A stretch of 33,247 nucleotides of DNA from Thermoplasmatota archaeon. GTDB taxonomy: Archaea; Thermoplasmatota; E2; JACPAO01; JAHFTW01. The notes beneath the pieces are model-generated. The model saw only the letters and a program-made list of their open reading frames with translations. It was not told the origin of the DNA and ran no database searches. The position numbers and the translations under genes are program-made. The stretch covers positions 1 to 33,247 of the forward strand of contig JBFJVP010000001.1 of NCBI GenBank assembly GCA_041624075.1, written 5' to 3'. The stretch's first letter is position 1, and every line of letters starts with the position of its first letter. This document shows positions 15,690-25,700 of this stretch, in pieces.

Positions 15690-18600
15690 CTACGGCAAGC
15701 GGCCCTCAGTTCCGCAGCTCGGGCAGGTGACAATCAAGGGGCGCTGCCCAGTGACCTGGAAATGCTGTTGGCAATTGGGGCACTGAGCCGGGTGGGGTCC
15801 GGCCGGCGGACCCGTCGAGGTCCCCGACGCAGCGGACGGCTCGGTTCGGCCCGCATCGGATCCGGGCTCCCAGGAGCCTTCATCGACCTCGGCCGTCGTC
15901 AGATCCTCCTCTGCGCCCGGCCACGCCGGCGGCTCATCCTCCAGCCACGTCGTTTCCTCGGGCTGGTCGGCCCACTCCTCGGCAAATTGGTCATCGTCCA
16001 CGCCAAACTCGTCTTCCGGCCGCTTGCTCAAACGGATGATCAGCCAGGCAATCAGGGCCACCACCACGAGCAGGATCAGCACCAAGGCGACCCAAACCCA
16101 GGAGGCAACACCACCGTCCACAGGGTCATCTTGCTGCTGGTCGGGCGTCACCGCCACGCCATCGCCCAAGAGGTCAAACCCAGGGATATCCCCGGGAGCA
16201 TCAGTGCTGGAATAGCCGCCCGCCGCTTGCGTGGAGAAATAAGCAGTCAACAGATACGTAGCATTCTCAGCAGCGCCCGAATCAGTATATTTCTCGGCCA
16301 CGAAAGCAGCCGAGCCAGCAACGATATTGCGGACCCGCTCAAAGGGACTCGTGCTGCGCCACAACTGCAAGCCCAGCACATCGGCGGGCAAATCACTGGG
16401 CAAGTCCCAAGTGATGACGTTGGAGAGGCCCTCCCGCTTCACCACGATGGAATCCCGCAGCTTGCGGTTCGTGTCCTTGATGTCCTGCTCGGTAAAGGAG
16501 GGCGTCGGGTCGTCCACGACCTTGCCGGGATCAAATTCGATGCCCGGACTGCGAACCGAAAAGAGCCCAATGTTGCCCGCGTGGTCAATGGCAGCAACCT
16601 GATAGTCGTACGTTCCAAACTCGGGAGGTGTATCCAGCAAGGTGGTCGTTCCGGCCGCCACGCGGTTTGGCAGAAGCTGGTTGTTGCGCTTGATCAGGTA
16701 TTCCTTCACCCCGCTGGTGGCGTCCTCCACCTGACTCCACGCCAGCAAGACTCGGCCAGACTGCAACGTTGCATTCGGCTGTGACGGCGTTGGCGGCTTC
16801 ACAGAATCAATCTTCAACGTCGGCGAAACCCGATCCGGCTCCTTGTTGCCCGCCAAATCCGTCGACGAGTATGTGATCTTCAGCTCGTCATCATTGGCCG
16901 GCAAGACAAAAGGCGCGCCGTAGGCCTTGTCTGACCCACTATCCAGCTTATATGTGGTCGTACCGGCCTCGTTGCGCGCCAACGTAACCGTCGGAGCGCT
17001 CGTGTACCAACCGTCTAGGCCCTGGGGCGTGGCCGGCGACAACGTCAACGTGGTAACGGGCGCAACCTTGTCCTGAGCCGCAATCTGGCTGGCGGCTGCC
17101 AATGAATTGGGCGGCGTGGCCAGATCCTTGAGCGTTCCTGGAACGTAGCTGACCTTCGGCGTCCGGCTTCCATCAAGAATCTCGTCGAAGACCAAGAAAA
17201 TGATGTTGTCGTTGGCGACGTTCGGCGTCAACGCCGTGCTCCCAGTCACCACCGACTTGGGCTTGCCAATGGTGCTGTCAATCACCCAGTGATCCTTGTT
17301 GAGATCGCTCGTCGTACCGGTGGAGTCGGCCACCGGTTCACTGAATGTGACCTTGAGCGCGTCCAGGCGACCATCGGTGTTGGAATCAACCGTCTCGACG
17401 AACTTGATCGTCGGCGGCGTCACATCCACGACACCCTTCTTCTGGGTGCTCGCGGCGACATCGCTGCCCTTGCGGAAAATGCTGTTGGCGGCAGCACCAA
17501 TACTGGTTGGCGTGCCATCAACGTCGGTTGCCGCCAAGGGCTGGTTGAGCGTCAACTCCACCTTTTCAGGTTCGGATGTCAGTGAGTGCTTGACTGCGGC
17601 AATGGAAGCCACCGCACTGCCGGAAGCAGCAGTGATCGCGAAATCACTGACTGCCAACGCGCCTCCAGCGCCGTCATCCACTTCTTCGCTGAAGGTAAGG
17701 ACGACCGTCTTGTTGCCAATGTTCCCGTGCGCAGACTTCAAGAACGGCTTGTCCGGAAGCAGCAGGACCGGACTGCCCAGGGCACTGTTGCCTGCAGCGT
17801 CTTTCACCTTGGCCGGCGTTGCTGCAATGCTGTCCGCGTTGAAGTCCGATTCAGCCAACGCTGCGTTCAGCGTGAACACGATGCCGGCCTGGCCAGCCGT
17901 ATGCGTTACGCTTCCAATCGCGCTGGCACCGCCAGTTGCCGCGTTGTCGTACGTGAAGTCCTCCTTCACGAGAGCAGCACCCGTCTCATCGCGCACCGGC
18001 TCGCTGAAGGCGCCACTTACCGTGGTGTCACCGGCGGCGACCGTGCTCAGCCCAAGCACCGGCTTGGCGCCATCGGTTTCAATCAGGCCGCCGGCACCAA
18101 TGGCAGCCAAGACGTTGTCCGCCAAATCGCGCAGGCCCGTGCCAGGCGTGTACGTGAGTTCGGGCTTGTCGCCGGAATCGCCCGAGGAGCCCTCGCTGAA
18201 GAGCACCGTAAAGATCGGGTCGCTGGCCGTGCCGGTGGACATTCCGGACACAGCGCGGCCGGCAACGGCCCACTCGGATGCATGGAGCGTGTTGTCATTG
18301 ACCGGCTCGCTCATGGTGACCAAGTAGCCATCGATCTTACCGTCGCTGTCAGCGTCCTGGGTCACGGCCGACAGGGCAATCGGGGGCGCCCGATCCAGCG
18401 CCACGCGCAAATCAGCCCGATCGGCCAGAACCTTTCCCGCCGGATCGACGATTCTGGTGCCTTGATCCACGGCGTAGCGGTACGACGGAGTCGAACCACT
18501 GGTGCCCTCTGCCGTGAACGTAATGCGAAGAGTGCTAACCGAGGCACCAACGCCTTCCAAGGCCTTGTTGCCGCAGGTGCACTCGGTGACAGTGAAGTCG

Positions 18601-19646
18601 CTGACGTGGGCTGCCGATGCGTCGACCAGTTCGCTCAAAACTAGATCGAGGCCGGAAATCTTGCCGGCGCCGTCGCCACGGGTAGCTGCCGAGACCACGA
18701 AAGGAGCCACATCGTCCCGCTCGGTAACGTCGTTGGTGGCAACAACCAAGGCGCCACCACGAGCCGATCGCGCTGCGCCGCCAGCAGGGTAGGTGAGATC
18801 CGGCTTCAGGCCAGTGTTGACGGCGCTGCCCTCGGCGAATCGGATCGTAGCCGTGCGGGCCGTGCCATTGGCATTGGCGGTCGCATCCAAGCCGGTGGCA
18901 GGAACACCACCCACCAGGAATTCTGCGGCATTGAGCGTGTTGACCACCATGTCGGTGTCAAATGTCACGGCCAACGCATCGATCTTGCCGTTGCCATTGG
19001 CATCACGGGTCAAGGCCGATGTGATCTTGGGCGGAGGGGGCGCCTGCACAGTGATCGCAAACGTTGACGTCTGCGTGGGCTCATTCTGAACAGGCGGAAC
19101 CACGCCATGGGTGCCCTTCACATCGATGCTGAATGTGCCCGTCGAAGCGCTCGGTCGCACGTTGACATCAAGAGTGAACTCATGGGTCTGCCCGCCTTGG
19201 AAGGGACCGCCAGCGCCCCCTGCGGATGGTCCGCCAGCGCTGAAGGTGACCGTCAGGTTGTCGGCGCCGACGGCTGCCGATGAACCTTGCCACGTGGACG
19301 TGGCCTCGCCGGTCCGGAACCGCAACGGGCTGGTTGCGCCCTCCTTGAGCGTAAAGGTCAGCGACGCCAACGACGCCTCCGGACCTCCCGGATTCGTCAC
19401 GGAGACCTTGATCGAGTGGTCAACGGCCCCCAACTGCACTGTCGTGGTCGCTGCATTGGGCGCAAGCTGAAGCGCGTGGCCAGCCTGCACACTCGGAACC
19501 AGTACGAACAGGAGGAGCAGCGCCACCGCCACGGCACGCAGGTCACCGACCTTTCCTCGTGAAATAGACGCGATGCGGAATGTCAATCGAGCACCTTCTC
19601 GGATTGCCGTGGCCCGCTGCGAGGCAGAATGGCCAAAGCTATGCAT
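15690..19646 (-). CDS. giant surface protein A (1318 aa): signal peptide, Ig-like/DxDxDG modules, FN3-like module, TM anchor, acidic tail, C-terminal zinc ribbon
   Basis: The ATG at 19646 is preferred over GTG 19679 because TTTTTATTTT ends 18 nt upstream. The hydrophobic signal is RAVAVALLLLFVLVPSVQA. Four ...T.D.D.DG.ID...V.F(S/D)E.. modules are present. The TM is WVWVALVLILLVVVALIAWLIIRL (16029-16100). A 112-aa acidic tail ends in CPNCQQHFQVTGQRPLIVTCPSCG. Confidence 0.85.
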   Translation of the reverse strand: MHSFGHSASQRATAIREGARLTFRIASISRGKVGDLRAVAVALLLLFVLVPSVQAGHALQLAPNAATTTVQLGAVDHSIKVSVTNPGGPEASLASLTFTLKEGATSPLRFRTGEATSTWQGSSAAVGADNLTVTFSAGGPSAGGAGGPFQGGQTHEFTLDVNVRPSASTGTFSIDVKGTHGVVPPVQNEPTQTSTFAITVQAPPPPKITSALTRDANGNGKIDALAVTFDTDMVVNTLNAAEFLVGGVPATGLDATANANGTARTATIRFAEGSAVNTGLKPDLTYPAGGAARSARGGALVVATNDVTERDDVAPFVVSAATRGDGAGKISGLDLVLSELVDASAAHVSDFTVTECTCGNKALEGVGASVSTLRITFTAEGTSGSTPSYRYAVDQGTRIVDPAGKVLADRADLRVALDRAPPIALSAVTQDADSDGKIDGYLVTMSEPVNDNTLHASEWAVAGRAVSGMSTGTASDPIFTVLFSEGSSGDSGDKPELTYTPGTGLRDLADNVLAAIGAGGLIETDGAKPVLGLSTVAAGDTTVSGAFSEPVRDETGAALVKEDFTYDNAATGGASAIGSVTHTAGQAGIVFTLNAALAESDFNADSIAATPAKVKDAAGNSALGSPVLLLPDKPFLKSAHGNIGNKTVVLTFSEEVDDGAGGALAVSDFAITAASGSAVASIAAVKHSLTSEPEKVELTLNQPLAATDVDGTPTSIGAAANSIFRKGSDVAASTQKKGVVDVTPPTIKFVETVDSNTDGRLDALKVTFSEPVADSTGTTSDLNKDHWVIDSTIGKPKSVVTGSTALTPNVANDNIIFLVFDEILDGSRTPKVSYVPGTLKDLATPPNSLAAASQIAAQDKVAPVTTLTLSPATPQGLDGWYTSAPTVTLARNEAGTTTYKLDSGSDKAYGAPFVLPANDDELKITYSSTDLAGNKEPDRVSPTLKIDSVKPPTPSQPNATLQSGRVLLAWSQVEDATSGVKEYLIKRNNQLLPNRVAAGTTTLLDTPPEFGTYDYQVAAIDHAGNIGLFSVRSPGIEFDPGKVVDDPTPSFTEQDIKDTNRKLRDSIVVKREGLSNVITWDLPSDLPADVLGLQLWRSTSPFERVRNIVAGSAAFVAEKYTDSGAAENATYLLTAYFSTQAAGGYSSTDAPGDIPGFDLLGDGVAVTPDQQQDDPVDGGVASWVWVALVLILLVVVALIAWLIIRLSKRPEDEFGVDDDQFAEEWADQPEETTWLEDEPPAWPGAEEDLTTAEVDEGSWEPGSDAGRTEPSAASGTSTGPPAGPHPAQCPNCQQHFQVTGQRPLIVTCPSCGTEGRLP

Positions 19647-19664
19647 CGTTCCAGGGGCCTTGGC

Positions 19665-19674
19665 AAAATAAAAA
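19665..19674 (-). promoter_or_regulatory. TATA box (TTTTTATTTT) for surface protein A, leaderless spacing
   Basis: This is the strongest AT-rich element in the window and ends 18 nt upstream of ATG 19646. Confidence 0.5.
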
Positions 19675-19676
19675 CG

Positions 19677-19698
19677 CACCGCTTTCCGCGAGGCGGTG
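19677..19698 (-). terminator. hairpin (CACCGC-10 nt-GCGGTG) followed directly by the T-rich tract, downstream of surface protein B
   Basis: The minus strand reads CACCGCCTCGCGGAAAGCGGTG CG TTTTTATTTT, starting 42 nt after the B stop (19741-19743). The T tract is also the TATA box of gene A. Confidence 0.4.
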
Positions 19699-19740
19699 GG
19701 GGAAGGATAGAAGGAAGAAGATCAAAGCGGTTCGGCGCGC

Positions 19741-22700
19741 CTAACTCAGCACGCCGCGCACGCCGCAGGACGGGCAGGTGGTCGTCAGCGGGCGCTCGCC
19801 CTCAACCGCGAAGTCGGCCGCACAGGACGGACACTCAACGTCATGCACCGGAAGCATCGCCATGGCCATGCCATTGCCAGAAGCCGTGACGTACGGCTCA
19901 TGCGTCGGGGGAACATTCTCCACCTCAGCCTCGACATCGTCCGCGGCGCCCTCGTCCGACCACTCCGACTGATCCCACTCGTCGGCGCCCCACCGGTAGG
20001 CGACAGGATCGTCCTCCTCCATGGCATCCTGATCGCGGCGGCGAGCCACGACGATCAAGGCCACCAGGAGCGCCACGACCGCCAAGGCGCCCAGACCAAT
20101 AAGGATCCAACCCCACGTCGGGAAGCCAGACTCGTCAACGACCACCGTGTCACCCTTCAAGCCGGACGGGAACACCACGGTGTTGTTGGCGTCCGAGAAC
20201 TTTCCGAGTTCTTCGCTGTCACCGAAGAACAACGTGACGATGTATTGGGTGGAGACCTTGGCCTGCTCGCCCGTGTGCAACAAGGCAGCACTCGTGAACT
20301 CAGGGTCCGTGTCCTGTAGCGTCTTGAGAAGCTGGTAGGGACTGTTGCTGTACCAAACCTGCAAGCCCTTCACGGCAGCAGGCAGGTCGTCCGGCAGCAC
20401 CCACTTGATTCGGTTGCCACCCTCGACGCGCTCAACAGTCAACTGGACCTCTTCACGAAGCTTGGCCAGATCTTGGCTGGTCAGAGCCAACACCGAGAAA
20501 GCATACGTGTCCTGGGGGCCCAGGCCGCCATCACTGGCAGCGCGCACGTGCAGGTAGCGGCGACCGTTGGCCAAACTATCGAGCGTAACCTCCGTCGCCG
20601 TGGTCTGTTCATCCGTCGCCACCACGGTGTAGTCCTCCTGAGTGTTCACTGCGTAATGGAAACGCAAGGATGTTTCCGGATCGGAAACACCACTCCACTT
20701 GAAGGTCCCCGAACGCAGCGTCGAGATGAAGCCGGCGCCATGCGTCTCGGACGTAATGGTTAGCGTGCCCGTGGGGGGCGTCGTGTCCTCCTTGGTCACG
20801 GCGGACACGGACGAACTGACGGGACCCGCATTGCCGGCGCCATCCAGCACCCTGAGCGCGAAGTGGTACGTGGTCTTGGGCGCCAAACCGGTCACCGTGA
20901 AGGCCTCGGCCTGACCCGACGCCTTGGGCGCCGGCAAACCGTTGACCGCCGTCGCGCTTGCGAAGTTGGAGGCCGTGATGGCCGCCGAACTGTAGCGCAA
21001 TTCGTACGCCGTTGCGGTGCCCGTATTGCCGTTGTTGCCCGTTGCACCCCAGCGCAACGTAACGGTGGTAGCCGTGATGTCGTCTGCGGCCGGGCTTTGC
21101 ACCGTCACCGCGCCAGGAGCCACCGTGTCAATGATGATCTGGAACGGTGCAGCCTGGCTGGCCCCACCGTCACTCATGGCAGCCACATGGAAGTAGTAGG
21201 TACCATCCTCCTGGGAAGGCAGAGTCACCGTTGTCTGCGTGGTCTCCGTATCTGTTGCGGTCACCGTGTAGGTTGCCTGGGTCGACAGCTTGTAACGGTA
21301 GACAACCGCACTGTCCGGGTCGCTGACTGCGGTCCATGAAACCACCGGCACCTTGGTCGTGCTCGGCACACCGCTGGTGTGTGTGGACGAACTGACAACC
21401 GGTTGCCCGGCGGGAGGCGTGGAGTCCTTGGTGGTCGTGAACGAGATCACGTTGGACACTTCACCCGTGTTTTCCACCTGGTCAATGGCGCGCAAGGCAA
21501 CCCAGTACTTCGTCTCGGTCGTCAAGCCGGTGAGTGAGAACTCTTGCGAGGTACCGCCGGTTTGCGGAGCGGGCGGCGGCGTAACCGCCGTGGCCTGAGC
21601 GAAGTTTGCGGCCGTAATCTCGGTTTGGCTGATGCGGATGTCATAGCGGTCTGCCGGGTCGGACTCAAAGGCGTCGTCGCCCGGCGCCGTCCAAGTCAAA
21701 ACCGCGCCGTTTCCGACAACGGAGCCAGTCTTGACCCCCAAGTCGGTGATCTTGCCGGGGGCCACTGTATCGGCCACGGTTGTAACAGCCAGCACGTTGG
21801 ACATCTGGGCCACGTTGCCCACACGATCCGTCGTCTTCATCGCAAAGTGGTACTTCGTGTTCGGCGTCAAGCCGGTGAGCTGCAGCTCCTGCATCGCGCC
21901 TGGCGTCGGGGCAGGAAGCCCAGCCACCACCGTAGCGGACCCGAACGTCGTCGACGTGATTTCACTGGTCGACTGACGCAGTTCAAAGCTCGCAACATCC
22001 GGCGCAGACGGCGTCGTCCACTGCAGGGTGAGAGCCCGGCGAGCCAACGTATCTGCCTTCACAGCCAAGTCCGTAATCTGGCTCGGCGGCGTCAGATCCG
22101 CCTTCACGGGATGCGTTGTCGCCGCCACGCGGTTGTCGGCTGCATCCTTGATCTTGTCAGCCAACACACCGATGGTATCCTTCTCGTTGTCCGATTCCGC
22201 AAACGGCCCATTGAGCGACACGGAGAGCTTCCGTCCACTAGTGTGCGGCGTAATCGAGGTCAAGCCGCTGGCGCCATCGCCACTGACATCCGTGTACACG
22301 AAGTCCGTCAAGGCAAACGAAGCGCCCACCGGCTGGATAGGTTCACTGAACTCCAAGTCAACGTGTTGGCTCTGCAAGCCACTGCTGACCGCGCGCAGGA
22401 ACTGGGGCGCCACGCCATCGATCTCAGTGATGGCAGCCGTCCCAATGGCCCGCAATCCGTTGCCCGCCAAATCCGTCAACGTCGCAGTGGGGGTGTACGT
22501 CAGCTGCGGCTTGGCACCGGTGTCCAGTACACTGGATTCCACGAAGGTTACCGTAATCTGGGCATCATCAACCGACGCACCCGTCAGGAAATCATCAACG
22601 GACGTACCCTCGACAGCCCACTCGCCTGGCTTGAACGTGCTGTCGTCAATGGCTTCCGAGAACTCCAACTCGTAGCCATCGATCAAACCATTGCCATTCA

Positions 22701-25700
22701 GGTCAGCGGTAGTGGCGGTCAGCAAGCGGGGAGCCACCTGATCCTTGGGCGTATGGGTCAAAGCACCACCAACACCGTTTCCACTCAGGTCCTTAAGAGT
22801 CGTGGCCGCCGACAAGCTCACCGCAGGTGTAGCGGCCGTGTCGAAGTTCGTCCCGGCCGTGCCAACCTCATCGAATAGCAGGTAAACCAGGGCGTCGTCA
22901 ACGCTGCCCGTCGTAAGCGTCGTCTGAACGCCCGTCGGCTGATTGTTGGCATCCCCGTAGGGCGCCGCCAAAGTCCATTGAGACGGCACCAAGTGGGGAA
23001 TCCCTTCGGTCCGGTCGTCAATGTCTTCACTGAAGGTAACCTGGATTCCGTCGATCAGTCCGTCGTCGTCGCGGTCCAAGGTCGCCATCTTGCTGATGAT
23101 CGGCTTGGCGCCATCGATTGCCTGGTGGGAAGCGGCCAGCATCTTGTTACCGGCTGCATCCGCGATCGTGGCCGTTGGCGTGTACGTGATGGTTGGCAGG
23201 AAGCCTGTGTTGTGAGCCGCGTCGGCCACCGGATCCACGAAGTCCAACTGAATCTTGTCGTCGCCCGCAGCCGACCCTGTTCCAATGGCCAGGGGTCGCC
23301 CGCGAGCATCCGCCAACGATGCCGGCAGGCCCCACTCGCTCTTGTCGAGCGTCGCAGCCCCACCATCGTCGATGGCCTCACTGAAGGTTACGATCACATG
23401 ATCCAGGTAACCATCCTCATCGACGTCTTGCGTCACCGCCTTCACAATGACCGGGGCCGCCCCATCAGCCTCATCGAGGCCCCCGGCAGCGGCGGCACCG
23501 GCGCTGACGGCATGCAAGTTGTTTCCAACCAAGTCCGTCACGCCGTCGCCACCCAGGTAGCTCAGGTCGGGCAGGGAGCCCGTGTGTAGAGCGCTAAGCT
23601 CGTCGAAGAGGACACGAACCACATCGTCGTCAGCGGTGGCACCCGTATCGACGTTGGTCACGGTCGCCCCGGCCACGCTCCACAGTACATCGTCCAATGA
23701 ACCGTCTTCAAGCGCCTCAGAGGCAGTCACAGCGTAGCCGTCGATGAGCCCATCTCCGTCCACATCGAGCGTCTTGGCACCGACGACGATCGGCATGGCT
23801 CCATCCGTGGTCGCAAATGTCCGACCGCCGAAGATGTGCCCGTCGTGGTCAATGACGCGACCAGCCGAACCCGGCGTGTAACGCACACTGGGCGTACTAG
23901 CCGTATCATAGCCACTGGCAGCCTCGGCGAACGTGATGAAGATCGTGTCGTCGTCAACGTCGTCTGCGCCCGCCAGGAAATTGGGGTGCTGAGTCAGGAC
24001 ACTGATGGCCGCCACGTCGCCGCCCGCACGCACGATCTTCCAATCGGCCGCGACCAGGTTGGCATTACCCACTCCGTCCTGAATCGCCTCGTCGAAGGTC
24101 ACACGAATCGCGTCGATCCGGCCATTGGCATCCACATCCAGCGTAATGGCCTCGACGACAACCGGCCCGTTAAGATCCACAAAGGACACCTCCGTATCCG
24201 GCGAAATCAGGCAATCCACGGCAGGGCCACAGGTACCACTGCGGTACTCTTGGACGGCGTTGGGGGCGGCGCCGATGCGATCCTCGTCGAAGTCAGCCGC
24301 GTTTAGTAGCGCATCGAGCGTGAGGATCGCGAAATCGTCGCCCTCTACGTGGGACACGCCATCAATTCCGGTTGCGCCGCCGCTGGCCGAGTTCACAAAC
24401 GTAAACGAAGCGACACCCAGAGCGCCACCATCACGGGCACGGACAGCTTCGCTGAAGCGGACCTCAACAGTTGCCGAACCAGGTGTACCGCCCAGCGCCC
24501 CAATGACTGCAGGGGCGCCATCACTGGCCGTCATTTGCAGAGCACCCACAACATTGCCGGCGGAGTCCGTCAGGCTGCCTCCGGCAGCGTGCGTGACATC
24601 CGGCGCCAGGGACGTGTCAAAGCGAGACGACTCTGCAAAAGGCACGAGAATGAAGGCGTCATTGACGGCGCCGTCATCGCCAACTTGGGCACCGATGGCT
24701 GGCTGCGCCGTCGCCCAGAAGCCAGAAGTATCGGCCACGACCCAGTCATCCGGGTCGAAGGACGAGTCAGCCACGTTCTCGCTGAATTCGACCAGGATCG
24801 CGTCAATGCGGCCATCATCATCCAAGTCGCGGGTCTGCATTCCCATCACGACGGGGGCCGCCCCATCGGTGGCCTCTCGGTCGGAGAAATCCTCCAAGAG
24901 GTTGCCCAGCAGGTCGGCGATTCCAGCCGTCGCCGCGAAGCTGACGTCGGGCGTCACTTCGGTGTCTGTACCAGACGAAATAGGTGCCAGCCTCAGGATG
25001 ATCACGGCGTCGTCGGCCACGGCACCAGTTTCGATGGAAATCGGGTGGTCATTGGCGTCGCCGTACGGAGCCTGGATCGTCCATTGGTCAAGATCCAGCG
25101 CGCCGTCCTCGATGGGCTCCGTAAACGTCACGATCAACTGATCGATGCGGCCGTCCGGCGCGCCGGGGTCATCGCGCGTCACGATCGACTCGATCTCAGG
25201 TGCCTGCGTGTCCGTGATCTCCACGGCCACACCACCCACGACCGCCTTGCCGCCCGCAGCCGACGTCTCCGTTACCGTTGTGCGGGGCTGAATCGTATCC
25301 GAAACCGATCCGCCCAGACCATGGTCCGCTCCCGTGGCAGAAAGCGCCCGGTTGAGGGTAATCGTTGCCGTGCGGTCGCCGGACGAATGGGTGATGCTGG
25401 CAATGCTGCCCGCAGCCACGCCGTTGCGGTTCAGGTATTGTAGATTTGCAACGGTCAAGGCATTGTTGCTGCCAGTGCCGCGCACGCCTTCACTGAAGAA
25501 CAATTCAGCCTGGGTGCTGCCAGGGTTCCCCTGGACTCGCATCAGGCGGGGCAATGCGCCATCCGTGACGGCCTGGCTGGTGACTTGGCCCAGGGGGTGC
25601 CCGTTGTGATCGACGATCCGGCCAGCGAGATAGTTGATGGCGGGTCGCTCCGCCGTGTCTCCATCTGGCTTCTCCGTCGTTTCCTCAGCAAGGATCAAGA

